A stretch of 64,000 bases of DNA from an uncultured delta proteobacterium (GTDB taxonomy: Bacteria; Desulfobacterota; Binatia; UBA9968), in the NCBI GenBank assembly GCA_963737905.1, contig CAVTUQ010000012.1, positions 1 through 64,000 of the forward strand. Reading direction: 5' to 3'. This document shows, piece after piece, positions 10,362 to 19,647 of this stretch; the stretch's first letter is position 1, and the number at the start of each line of letters is the position of its first letter. The notes beneath the pieces are model-generated. The model was not told the origin of the DNA, did no database searches, and was given only the letters and a program-made list of their open reading frames with translations. The position numbers and the translations under genes were made by a program.

Positions 10362-10784
10362 TTACCCGACATTTTCAACATATCTGAGAATGTCGGTGGT
10401 GGTGACAAGACCCACCAAAGATCCCTCGTTGACCACCGGAACGCAACCGATTTTTTTCTCCTTCATCAAATGGGCAGCATCTTTAATCGGTGTATCCGGT
10501 GTCACCGTGACCACCTTCTTTTTCATCACGTCCTTGATTAAAAAAGTCTTCAGCAGTGCGGACTTGCTTTTGTGCTTCAGTCCGAAGATGGTCGTGGCCG
10601 CCGGGCCCAGCATATCTCTTTCGCTTAACACTCCTACTAGCCGTCCATCTTCCACTATCGGAATATGCCGAATTCGCCCCAAGGAGATCACATCATTGGC
10701 CAAATCCAACGTCTCGTCCGGCTTAAGCGTCACCGGGGAACCCATCATGATCTCTCGCACCACCCCTTTTTTATCATTCTTCAT
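10362..10784 (-). CDS. CBS-pair protein (AcuB-like)
   Basis: RIRHIPIV...GVLSERD, KKIGCVPVV...GLVTTTDIL. Confidence 0.9.
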   Translation of the reverse strand: MKNDKKGVVREIMMGSPVTLKPDETLDLANDVISLGRIRHIPIVEDGRLVGVLSERDMLGPAATTIFGLKHKSKSALLKTFLIKDVMKKKVVTVTPDTPIKDAAHLMKEKKIGCVPVVNEGSLVGLVTTTDILRYVENVG

Positions 10785-10808
10785 AAGTCATTTCTCCTTT
10801 TAAATCGA

Positions 10809-11261
10809 TTATTCTTCCTGCAATCGGTGCAAGAAGCAGCGCAAGATATCTACATAGGTCACGATACCCACCAACCCCTCGGACCCTGCTACCACGGGAA
10901 TTCCACCGATCTTTTCCTCGATCAGTAGTTGCACGGTCTCTTCGAGATCATCATCGGGAGAGAGGGTGATGGGCTCGGTAGTCATAATGTCGCTGATTTT
11001 GCTGTTCAACGCCTTTTCTCTGTCCTCTGGACTCTCCAGCAACGATCCACTCAGGAAAGAGCGGATGTCCCGATCGGTAACGATGCCGACCAGATCCTTT
11101 CCCTGTACCACAGGAAGCTGGCGAATCTTGTTCGTGGTCATGAGCTCATCGGCCTGGCCGATGGTCTCCACAGGTGTCACGGTTAATGGATCCTTGGTCA
11201 TAACGTCTACGACTCTTATCCAATTGTATCTGCCAACGGGCGCGGTGATTGCCATGTTCAT
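10809..11261 (-). CDS. CBS-pair protein (AcuB-like)
   Basis: KIRQLPVV...GIVTDRDI, KIGGIPVV...GIVTYVDIL. Confidence 0.9.
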   Translation of the reverse strand: MNMAITAPVGRYNWIRVVDVMTKDPLTVTPVETIGQADELMTTNKIRQLPVVQGKDLVGIVTDRDIRSFLSGSLLESPEDREKALNSKISDIMTTEPITLSPDDDLEETVQLLIEEKIGGIPVVAGSEGLVGIVTYVDILRCFLHRLQEE

Positions 11262-11289
11262 ACCCTCCAATCTTTGATAATTTTCTGGT

Positions 11290-11304
11290 GCAGCGTTCGT
11301 GCCA
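11290..11304 (-). promoter_or_regulatory. sigma54 promoter for CBS-CBS-hypothetical operon
   Basis: TGGCACGAACGCTGC on minus strand. Confidence 0.7.
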
Positions 11305-11486
11305 AGGAATAGGCAAGATTTTTCGTCGTAGATTCAGCGGCTTCACGCTCGATTCCTTTAATTCATTTTCACTAATGCGAAATAGCTTCAGGAATTCCTC
11401 ACAAGTGAGAAAGGAAAGAATAGAGGGCAGCAAGGTGGATCGACGAGGCTCAGAACGAACGGAGTTTAGGTTAAGAATTTTTGGAT

Positions 11487-12305
11487 TCAGTCTTTGACCG
11501 TCCGGCGGTAAACGAAATAATAAACCAGCGCCACCATAACGCTGCCTCCCACAATGTTACCTAAGGTCACGGGCACGAGATTGGACCAGAGTCCGACCCA
11601 GGAAAGATTTTCGGCGCCGCTCACGAGTACCCGATCTTTTAGCAATATCCCCAAGGGGATGAAGTACATGTTGGCCACGCTGTGCTCGAAGCCGGCGGCG
11701 ACAAACGCCGATATGGGAAAAATGACGGCGAAGATCTTGTCGGTTACACTTCGCCCGGCGAGAGCGAGCCACACGGCCAAACAGACTAAAATGTTGCAAA
11801 TAATACCTTTGAAGAAGGCCTCCCAGAAAGGAAGCGCCGCCTTAGCAACGGCGATCTTCACGGCGTTTATTCCCACCGCATCGCTATTCATCTGCCAGTG
11901 ATGCGATAGCACGACCAGAAAAACCAGGCCAAGCGCGCCCGCCAGATTTGCCAGGTAAACGATGGTCCAATTTGCCATCAGCTCTTTCGTCGTAATCCGG
12001 CGGCTTGCCCACGCCATGACCAACAGGTTGTTGCCAGTGAAGAGCTCGGCGCCGGCGACAACCACGAGAATCAACCCCAGCGAAAAAGTCAGGCCGCCGA
12101 GCAAGCGGCTAACAGCAAAACTAAGGCTTGAGTCGCTGGTGACGAGGGTGAAATAGAGCGCCCCCAGGCCGATGAAGCCGCCCGCCAGGACGCCGAGCGT
12201 TGCCACCGTCAATAGCGGCAGGCGGGCTTTAGTAACGCCGATATTTTCGACGCGCTCGGCAATTTCCTTGGGTGAGTAAGCATCGAAGCCGAAAAGTTCT
12301 GCCAT
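11487..12305 (-). CDS. Formate/nitrite transporter (FNT; FocA/FdhC-like)
   Basis: GAELFTGN, FEHSVANM, VTLGNIVGG; directly downstream of FDH. Confidence 0.95.
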   Translation of the reverse strand: MAELFGFDAYSPKEIAERVENIGVTKARLPLLTVATLGVLAGGFIGLGALYFTLVTSDSSLSFAVSRLLGGLTFSLGLILVVVAGAELFTGNNLLVMAWASRRITTKELMANWTIVYLANLAGALGLVFLVVLSHHWQMNSDAVGINAVKIAVAKAALPFWEAFFKGIICNILVCLAVWLALAGRSVTDKIFAVIFPISAFVAAGFEHSVANMYFIPLGILLKDRVLVSGAENLSWVGLWSNLVPVTLGNIVGGSVMVALVYYFVYRRTVKD

Positions 12306-12310
12306 TGGAT

Positions 12311-14980
12311 CTATGGGATTTTATCGATTCGGACTGCCGTCACTTTATATTCTGGTGCCAGCACATAGCGATCGCGGTACGGGCTAGTGACGTTGTTCAA
12401 AAAGACCTCTGCGGTATGAAATGTCGCGAAGAGTTCGCCTTTTTTCACGGCACTATTAATGCGTACCGACAGGTTGGCATTGCCATAGCGGCTGCGTAAT
12501 CGGATTTTTTCTCCATCGTGCAGCTCCAGACGTTCTGCATCCTCTGGTGCCATGTCCAGGAAGTCCGCCGGGTATAGTTCTTTGTTGTAAGTGCGCAGGG
12601 TCATGGTGCCCGCGTTGAACTGATACAATGTTCGTCCAGTGGTGAGGAGAAAGGGAAACTCTTCAGTCGCGACCTCTGAAGTTGCCTGGTAGGGAATCCG
12701 TCGCAATGCAGCTTTCTTGCCGATGGGAAAGCTCTCGCCGTGCAGGATTTGTGTTCCGGGGTGGTCATCCGAAGGACAGGGCCACTGGATTCCAGCTTGA
12801 TCGATCCGGTCATAGCTGATGCCGCTCCCCGCTTTCCAAACCCGGCGCACTTCGTTCCAAATGCCCTCGGCAGACTCGTAGTTGAACAGATCGGCTTTCC
12901 CCAGTGCGCCCGCCATGGCGCCGATGATTTCCCAGTCCGATTTGGCGCTCCCGGGGGGCGTAATGACTTTGCGCACGCGCTGGATGCGGCGCTCGCCATT
13001 CATGAACGTACCGTCCTTTTCGAAAGCGGAAGCCGCCGGCAAAAAGACCGTGGCATAGTCGCGCGCCGTTTCGTTTAGAAACATGTCTTGGACGATCACG
13101 AGCTCCATTTTGCTGAGTGCCCGTCGGGTGCTGGCGGTGTTGGCATTGGTGAGCAGAACATCGTAGCCGATCGCCCAGAGGGCCTTGAACCGGCCTCGGG
13201 CCGCGGCGTCCATCATCTGCATCAAGTTCAAACCTTTTTCTGTGGGCACCGTGGCTTGCCATACGCTCTCGAATAACGCCTTGTTTTCAGGGAGCGGGAC
13301 GTATCCCGTCAGATTGTCTGGCTCGCAGCCCATGTGAGCGGAACCCTGGACATTGTTCTGACCGCGCAGCGGGTTGATTCCACTGCCAGGCTTGCCAAGA
13401 TTCTCGGTGAGCAGAGCGAGATTTACCAAAGTCATGACCGCGTCGGTTCCCTGCGTGTGTTCGGTAACGCCCAGACCGTGGAAGCACATGGACGGTTTTG
13501 CGCCCGCGTAAAGGCGCGCAGCAGTACGGATCAGAGCGGGTTCGACGCCACAAATCGCTGCCGCCCTTTGCGGCGGCCATGCGGCGATGAACTGACGAAA
13601 TTCGTCGAACTCCGCCACCCGCTCCTGGACGAAGCGCTGATCGCAGAGTTGTTCTGCGATGATGACGTGAGCCAGCGCGTTCAAGAGCGCGATGTTGGTT
13701 CCCGGACGCAGCGCGAGGTGCACTTGAGCGTAACGGCACAATTCTATACGCCTGGGATCGATCACGACCAGATTGGCACCGCGCAACACCTGCTCTTTGA
13801 TTCTGGCGCCGACAATGGGATGGTTCTCGGTGGTGTTGGTGCCGCATAGGAGGATGGTTCGCGCGCGTTCGATATCGTCGAGGGAGTTGGTCGCGGCGCC
13901 GGTGCCGAGCACCATCTTCATGGCGGCGGCCGTGGGCGCATGGCAAACCCGTGCGCAACAGTCAATGTTGTTGGTCGCTAGAACAGCGCGGGCAAATTTC
14001 TGGGCTAAATAGTTTTCCTCGTTCGTGGCTCGGGCGGAGCCCAGAACACCGACGCTCTGCGGCCCATATTGGCTGAGGATTCGCTTTAGCTCAGCGGCGC
14101 TGAAATCGATCGCTTCTTGCCACGAAGCTTGGGTCCAGCTCCCTTTCTCTCGGATCAGCGGCTCCGTGATCCGGTCGGTTGCAGATATATAATTGTAGGC
14201 ATAGCGTCCCTTGACGCAAAGATGACCCTTGCTGACCGGAGCCTCCAGAGCCGGGCGGATCGAGACGATGGTGCCATCGCGTGTGCCGACGTTCATCTCG
14301 CAGCCGGTGCCGCAGTAGGCGCAAGTTGTCTTGGTCCAAGCGGTGGGTGTGCCGAGTGAGAGAATGGTTTTGTCTTCCAGGGCGCCCGTGGGACAGGTAT
14401 CGACGCAGGCGCCGCAACTGACACAGGAGCTTTCACGCAAATTGGTCCCGGAGTCTGGAACAATACGAGTCTCGGCGCCGCGATTCCAAACCTGCCAGAC
14501 AAACTGTCCCTGCAGCTCTTCGCAGATGCGCACGCAGCGGTAGCAGTAGATGCAGCGGTTCATGTCGACGTGAATGTAAGGGTGGGAATCGTCTATCAGT
14601 CTCGAATCCGTAGGCCCCGACACTTCGTCTAATAAGCCATAAAGATTTAGATAGCCGTGAAACGTTTTGTTGGGTGCTTGTTGGAGAGCTTCCCTGGGAT
14701 AACGGTGAGCGAGCAGGGACAAAACCCCTTTGCGCTCTGCGCGTAATGCGTCTGTCTCGGTTCGAATGACCATGCCGTCGGTGAGCGGCGTGTGGCAGGA
14801 AATCGCCGGGTGGGACCATCCTTCGACTTCAACCACGCACAGCCGGCAAGCGCCGGCGGGCTTCAGGCGTTCATCATGACAAATCGTCGGCACTTCGATG
14901 CCAAGTGAACGCGTGGCTTCTAGGATCGAGACGGTTTCTCTAAATTCGTAACTCTTGCCGTTGATGGTTGCATGAAGCAT
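12311..14980 (-). CDS. fdhF: Mo/W formate dehydrogenase alpha subunit (FdhF/FdsA-type) with N-terminal Fe-S domains
   Basis: GACRLC, CIYCYRCVRIC, CVSCGACVDTCP, CAYCGTGC, catalytic CARVCH (Cys), LRGQNNVQG. Confidence 0.92.
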   Translation of the reverse strand: MLHATINGKSYEFRETVSILEATRSLGIEVPTICHDERLKPAGACRLCVVEVEGWSHPAISCHTPLTDGMVIRTETDALRAERKGVLSLLAHRYPREALQQAPNKTFHGYLNLYGLLDEVSGPTDSRLIDDSHPYIHVDMNRCIYCYRCVRICEELQGQFVWQVWNRGAETRIVPDSGTNLRESSCVSCGACVDTCPTGALEDKTILSLGTPTAWTKTTCAYCGTGCEMNVGTRDGTIVSIRPALEAPVSKGHLCVKGRYAYNYISATDRITEPLIREKGSWTQASWQEAIDFSAAELKRILSQYGPQSVGVLGSARATNEENYLAQKFARAVLATNNIDCCARVCHAPTAAAMKMVLGTGAATNSLDDIERARTILLCGTNTTENHPIVGARIKEQVLRGANLVVIDPRRIELCRYAQVHLALRPGTNIALLNALAHVIIAEQLCDQRFVQERVAEFDEFRQFIAAWPPQRAAAICGVEPALIRTAARLYAGAKPSMCFHGLGVTEHTQGTDAVMTLVNLALLTENLGKPGSGINPLRGQNNVQGSAHMGCEPDNLTGYVPLPENKALFESVWQATVPTEKGLNLMQMMDAAARGRFKALWAIGYDVLLTNANTASTRRALSKMELVIVQDMFLNETARDYATVFLPAASAFEKDGTFMNGERRIQRVRKVITPPGSAKSDWEIIGAMAGALGKADLFNYESAEGIWNEVRRVWKAGSGISYDRIDQAGIQWPCPSDDHPGTQILHGESFPIGKKAALRRIPYQATSEVATEEFPFLLTTGRTLYQFNAGTMTLRTYNKELYPADFLDMAPEDAERLELHDGEKIRLRSRYGNANLSVRINSAVKKGELFATFHTAEVFLNNVTSPYRDRYVLAPEYKVTAVRIDKIP

Positions 14981-15012
14981 GCATTTCTCTAACTGACGTG
15001 AAAGGTCATAGG

Positions 15013-15411
15013 TTATCGCTGCAATGTCGCAACATACTCGGCGATAAGTTTGATCTTAAGGAGTGACGTAAGCTCGGTGTATTTTTCAGGATCTGCTTCC
15101 TTTCGGAAAATTTCCCCCCAAACCGGCATTTCGCGGTCGCCGTGAGCGCGAACAGCGCGGCTGCCGTCGATGGCCGACATGACTTTGGACATGGGATAGA
15201 CTCCCTTGTTTTTTTTCTTGAGCACAGTCAGGTCCGGGACTTTGATTTTAAGGTAAGGAGTAACCGGCCCGTTGCCGCGACCGTCCATGCCATGGCAGGA
15301 ACTGCAGTATTGCATGTAAAGTTGTTTGCCCGAATCGGTTTCCGCAGCCCCAGCCGAAGTTCCGACTGCCAAGAAGAAAAGTAGCAGAAACCCACGCGTG
15401 TTCGGTTTCAC
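15013..15411 (-). CDS. Periplasmic monoheme cytochrome c
   Basis: Signal peptide, CSSCH, AHGDREMPVWG; GGAG RBS before GTG 15411. Confidence 0.88.
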   Translation of the reverse strand: MKPNTRGFLLLFFLAVGTSAGAAETDSGKQLYMQYCSSCHGMDGRGNGPVTPYLKIKVPDLTVLKKKNKGVYPMSKVMSAIDGSRAVRAHGDREMPVWGEIFRKEADPEKYTELTSLLKIKLIAEYVATLQR

Positions 15412-15472
15412 AGACTCTCCTTTGTTGACAATGCTGTTTTGCATTCTCAAGCCGATTGAGACCCATTAACAC

Positions 15473-15487
15473 GCAAATCAGGTGCCC
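15473..15487 (-). promoter_or_regulatory. sigma54 promoter for cytc-fdh-FNT
   Basis: GGGCACCTGATTTGC on minus strand. Confidence 0.7.
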
Positions 15488-15638
15488 TACAACTGTCGTG
15501 ATGATACTAATTTATACTAGGGTGGGTTTATCAACTGTGGGAGACAGACGACGAATTTTTCTCAAGAACGCGAAAAAGCAGAGGACGATAGCTGTCAACC
15601 TATGAAGTGCTTCGAGGCATTCATGAGGGTTGTGCATA

Positions 15639-15653
15639 TGGCATTGAAAGTGC
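15639..15653 (+). promoter_or_regulatory. sigma54 promoter (divergent partner)
   Basis: TGGCATTGAAAGTGC 27 bp before ATG 15680. Confidence 0.65.
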
Positions 15654-15679
15654 TGACTTCAGTTATTGGGAGGTGAACC

Positions 15680-16003
15680 ATGGCGGACGACAAGGATCGA
15701 TTTGGCGATACCATGAAGCTAGTCGAGCGTGCCAAGGAGGATATCTACTTTGCAGAACACGACCGCGAATTGATCGAAAAACTTAAGGCGCAATTGCAGA
15801 AGGCCGACAAGCAGGAGTCGCAACTTCACTGCCCCAAATGTCCTGGACTGCTAGAGCCCCATACCTTCCAGGGATTTGCCTTGGACCGATGCCAGAACTG
15901 CGGCGGGATCTGGATGGATAAGGGCGAACTTGAAGCCGTCATCAGGAAAATGACCCGGGGGCCCTTAGGTGAGTGGATTGACAAACTGACATCCAAAGGC
16001 TAG
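15680..16003 (+). CDS. Zinc-ribbon (zf-TFIIB-like) protein
   Basis: EDIYFAEHDRE N-terminus, CPKC...CQNCGGIWMDKGEL; GGAGG RBS. Confidence 0.85.
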   Translation: MADDKDRFGDTMKLVERAKEDIYFAEHDRELIEKLKAQLQKADKQESQLHCPKCPGLLEPHTFQGFALDRCQNCGGIWMDKGELEAVIRKMTRGPLGEWIDKLTSKG

Positions 16004-16029
16004 CAGGCCGCTGAAAAAGGAGGCATGAA

Positions 16030-16536
16030 ATGAAATCAGGCGTCAAGAAATACAATACGGCATATAAGAAGAGAGTTCTGGAGAGGGACACTTATCTTCC
16101 TCTACTATCCCCCAAGGGAATCATCAAGTGCAGTGGTTGTGGAGCTTTCTACTATCGGCGTCACTGGTCACTGAACCCGCCTAGTGGATTTAGCTATCCA
16201 GTCCATACCCATCCGATCTACTGCGCGGCGTGCAGAAAGATCCGTGACCGGTTCCCAGGCGCTGAACTGCAGCTGCTAGGTGTTGAAGCCGGAGAGCGGG
16301 GGGAGATCGTCAGGATCCTGCGGAACGAGGAGCAGCGCGCACGGGAAAAAAATCCGCTCGAGAGGATCATGCGCTTGCAGGAAGCGGGGGGCAACTGGAA
16401 GGTGGAGACGACCACGGAAAAGCTTGCGCAAAGACTGGGCCGTTCGATCAAAAAGGCGAGAGGCGGCAACATCGCCTACAAGTGGGGTCATAACAACAAA
16501 TTCGTCAGAGTGGTTTGGGAAAAAAGAGCGGAGTAG
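16030..16536 (+). CDS. BCAM0308-family (zinc-ribbon) protein
   Basis: CSGCGA...CAACRKIRD, NPLERIM, TTTEKLAQRLG, VRVVW. Confidence 0.8.
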   Translation: MKSGVKKYNTAYKKRVLERDTYLPLLSPKGIIKCSGCGAFYYRRHWSLNPPSGFSYPVHTHPIYCAACRKIRDRFPGAELQLLGVEAGERGEIVRILRNEEQRAREKNPLERIMRLQEAGGNWKVETTTEKLAQRLGRSIKKARGGNIAYKWGHNNKFVRVVWEKRAE

Positions 16537-16645
16537 GCGACGTGGATCATCAGGGTACCAAGCACAATGACCAGCGATTCCCTGCTTGGCAATCCGAACT
16601 CCAATCAAAAGAAGACATGGGAACCCGCCGTGACAAGTCGGTTGC

Positions 16646-17797
16646 TCACCGGTTAGCCTTCCTATAGCCCAAGGCGTCTTGCGCGATGATGAGCTTTTGA
16701 ATGTTCACCGATCCTTCCACGATCTGATAGGACTTGGCATCGCGAAAATAGCGCTCCACGGGAAACTCAGTTGAATAACCGTAAGCGCCGAGGATTTTGA
16801 GCGCGGCGTCGGAACTAAAGGCCGCAGCCTCGGCGGCGGCGTATTTAGCGATGGAGACCTCAAGATTGTAGGGTCGTCCGCGATCGGCAAGGCACGCGGC
16901 GCGATAGACCAGAAGGCGCGCGGCCTCTTCCTGCACCACCATCTGCGCGATCAGGTCTTGATTCATTTGGAATTGGCCGATCTTTTGCCCGAACTGTTCG
17001 CGCTGATTGGCGTAGCTCACCGCGGCCTCGCGGGCCGCCTTGGCGAGTCCAACGGCTCCGGCGGCGCAGCCAAGGCGCGTGTGGTTTAAGTGGCGCATAC
17101 AGATCTTGAAGCCTTCGCCTTCTTGGCCGATGAGGTTTTCCTGCGGAATCTCAAAATTCTCGAAGGTGAGCTCACCGGTAGGCGAGGCATGCGCGCCCAT
17201 CTTGTCGAGATCGCGCCGGCTGACGCCCGGCTGTTTCAAATCGACATAAAACGCCGACATGCCGCGGTGTTTCTGCGAACGGTCGGTATAAGTAAAGATG
17301 ACTCCCGCGTCTGCCACTGTGGCGTTGGTAATCCAGATCTTCGTCCCATTGAGCAGGTAACCCTTGCCGTCGCGCTTCGCGGTGGTTTTTATTGCCGCCA
17401 CGTCCGAGCCGGCATCGGGCTCGGTGATGGCAAACAAACCTACGGATTCGCCGCTCAAGAGACCGGGGATGTATTTTTTCTTTTGCTCCTCGTCGCCAAA
17501 CTCAAAGAGCGTTACGGCCGGACCCGCCTGCATATTGAGATAAACCCTGATGGCGCTGTGAATCCGGGCGATCTCCTCCGAGATCAGCGCGTGCGCTAGA
17601 AATCCAAGACCGTTCCCGCCGTATTCCTCGGGGATAAGGCAGCCAAAGAATCCCAGCGACCCCATTTTTGCCACCAGGTCCCTGCGAAAAGTATGTTCCT
17701 TGTCGTCCTTTGCCGCGCTAGGGGCGATTTCCTTCTCGGAGAAATCGCGCGCGAGCTTTTGGACCTCGGCTAACTCTTCGGGCAATTCAAAGTCCAT
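16646..17797 (-). CDS. Acyl-CoA dehydrogenase, non-decarboxylating glutaryl-CoA dehydrogenase type
   Basis: RVYLNM, HASPTGEL, LNHTRL, FQMNQD, LGAYGYSTE, VEGS and C-terminal RKANR resemble the Desulfococcus-type GDH as I recall it. Confidence 0.8.
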   Translation of the reverse strand: MDFELPEELAEVQKLARDFSEKEIAPSAAKDDKEHTFRRDLVAKMGSLGFFGCLIPEEYGGNGLGFLAHALISEEIARIHSAIRVYLNMQAGPAVTLFEFGDEEQKKKYIPGLLSGESVGLFAITEPDAGSDVAAIKTTAKRDGKGYLLNGTKIWITNATVADAGVIFTYTDRSQKHRGMSAFYVDLKQPGVSRRDLDKMGAHASPTGELTFENFEIPQENLIGQEGEGFKICMRHLNHTRLGCAAGAVGLAKAAREAAVSYANQREQFGQKIGQFQMNQDLIAQMVVQEEAARLLVYRAACLADRGRPYNLEVSIAKYAAAEAAAFSSDAALKILGAYGYSTEFPVERYFRDAKSYQIVEGSVNIQKLIIAQDALGYRKANR

Positions 17798-18947
17798 CAC
17801 GCTGCTCCTGCTTCAAAAGATGCTTGGTGATAATGAGCCGTTGGATTTCGGATGTCCCTTCATAGATTCTAAGCGCCCGCACATCACGGTAAAGACGCTC
17901 CAGAATATTCCCAGCGACGACACCGTTGGCACCGTGAATTTGTAACGACTGGTCGATGATCCGCTGCGCTGCTTCCGTGGCAAAGAGCTTGGCGATCGAT
18001 GATTTCAGCGGAACTTCTTGATGATTCTCGTCTTTCATCGAGGCAGCTTGGTAGACTAACAGACGCGCAGCCTCAAGTTCCGTTGCCATATCGGCGAGCG
18101 CAAACTGTATCCCTTGGAACTCCGCAAGCGCATGTCCGAACTGGCGCCGATTTCGGCTATAGCCGACTGCTTCGTCCAAGGCTCTCTGCGCGAACCCGAC
18201 GGCAGCGGCGCCCACCGTGCAGCGTAGCGTGTCGAGCGTGCGTAGGGCGATTTTCAATCCCTCGCCCTCACCCCCGAGCAGCTGCTGTTGCGGGACAAAG
18301 CAATCCTCAAAGGCCACGACCCCAATGGGGTGAGGCGAGAGCAACGGAGTTTTTTCTTTGACGGTGAACCCGGCAGAGTTTGATTCTACGATGAAGGCGC
18401 TGAGACCCTTTGCCTTAGCCTCGGGTTGCGTCGATGCGAAGACCACATAGGTATGCGCAATCCCTGCGTTGGAAATGAAATGTTTAACGCCGTTAAGCCG
18501 ATAACCGTTGCTCTCTCTTTCGGCCTGTGTGCTGATGGCTGAAACGTCTGACCCTGCGTTAGGTTCGGTCAGTGCGAAAGCAGCGATCCTTTCTCCCTTT
18601 GCCAGCGGCGGTAAGTAACGCCGTTGTTGCTCTTCGCTTCCGGCCAGCGCAATCGGATAACTTCCCAATGCTTGAACGCCGAACATCACGTCCGCTAGAG
18701 CCGAACCCCACGCCAACTCTTCGCGGATGAGGCACAGGTCACGGGCCTGGACCGTCTCTCGGACGCCGCCGAATCGACTCGGAACCGAGTACGCCATGAA
18801 TCCGTCTTGGCCGAGTTGGTTCGCCAGCCGACAGGCGTTAATCTCTAAGTTCCCTTGCCCATAGTCACCGGGGCCGAGATTGTTCTTTACCCAAGCGCGG
18901 ATTTGCCGGCGCAGGTTTCGATGTTCATTGTCAAACCAACAGTCCAT
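17787..18947 (-). CDS. Acyl-CoA dehydrogenase (AbmD-like)
   Basis: FALTEPNAGSD, SPHPIG, RALRIYEGTSEIQ. Confidence 0.88.
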   Translation of the reverse strand: MDCWFDNEHRNLRRQIRAWVKNNLGPGDYGQGNLEINACRLANQLGQDGFMAYSVPSRFGGVRETVQARDLCLIREELAWGSALADVMFGVQALGSYPIALAGSEEQQRRYLPPLAKGERIAAFALTEPNAGSDVSAISTQAERESNGYRLNGVKHFISNAGIAHTYVVFASTQPEAKAKGLSAFIVESNSAGFTVKEKTPLLSPHPIGVVAFEDCFVPQQQLLGGEGEGLKIALRTLDTLRCTVGAAAVGFAQRALDEAVGYSRNRRQFGHALAEFQGIQFALADMATELEAARLLVYQAASMKDENHQEVPLKSSIAKLFATEAAQRIIDQSLQIHGANGVVAGNILERLYRDVRALRIYEGTSEIQRLIITKHLLKQEQRDGL

Positions 18948-18965
18948 AAACTCAGAGTCCTACAA

Positions 18966-19415
18966 TCATCCCGCTAGTTCCTTTTGATAGTGGAGCATTT
19001 TTCCATGGTCAAAACCGAGCCGGCTGAAAAAGTGTTGCATCTCGGTCTGGTTGCTATTGATCAATGTGAAGATGGTCTTGATTCCATGATCTTCAGCGGA
19101 CTCGGCGAATTGTTGGACGAGTTCCTGAGCAATTCCGCGGCGGCGATAGGCCGGGTCAACACCAATGATTTCAATCCATGCCACGGTACCAGGTAAACCA
19201 AATTCAAATTCACCGGCGCGGCCCAATACGAAACCAACGACGCGATTGTCTAGCTCGGCAACCAAAGAGGCCCAGTGCGGCCGTATGGCCTCGGAGATTT
19301 CGATTCTCTTCTCCCAGTAATCGGGTCGCGCCACCCCCGTTTGGCGCTCTTCCATGCTGACGATCGCCGCCAGATCCCGTTTCTCTAAATTTCTAACGTA
19401 AATTTCTTTTTTCAT
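18966..19415 (-). CDS. GNAT acetyltransferase (possible BadL analogue)
   Basis: IGVDPAYRRRGIA acetyl-CoA motif; lies inside BCR operon. Confidence 0.85.
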   Translation of the reverse strand: MKKEIYVRNLEKRDLAAIVSMEERQTGVARPDYWEKRIEISEAIRPHWASLVAELDNRVVGFVLGRAGEFEFGLPGTVAWIEIIGVDPAYRRRGIAQELVQQFAESAEDHGIKTIFTLINSNQTEMQHFFSRLGFDHGKMLHYQKELAG

Positions 19416-19513
19416 TTGTTTCTCCAGTACCTCTGTAGTTGAAAGCTTTCCCAGCTCGCGCAAAATTTCTGACCGTTATTCGTCATGAATGCAGCACCTG
19501 ACGAAAGCCATTC

Positions 19514-19600
19514 TCACCACGAAGATCGCGAAGGCCACGAAGGGTTTGGACATTTTTGATTATAAACTTCGTGCTCTTCGTGTCCTCGGTGGTCAAATCC
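19514..19600. repeat. Intergenic inverted repeat (CACCACGAAG...CTTCGTG...GGTGG family)
   Basis: CACGAAG/CTTCGTG repeated arms; related to 100-342. Confidence 0.6.
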
Positions 19601-19647
19601 GCTTTTCTCGTCTAGCTCTTTTTTTGATTGCGGTTTGCCGCACTGGG

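Noticed and set aside
13940-13965. Selenocysteine in FDH active site
   Set aside because: Motif reads CARVCH with a TGC Cys codon; ORF is uninterrupted
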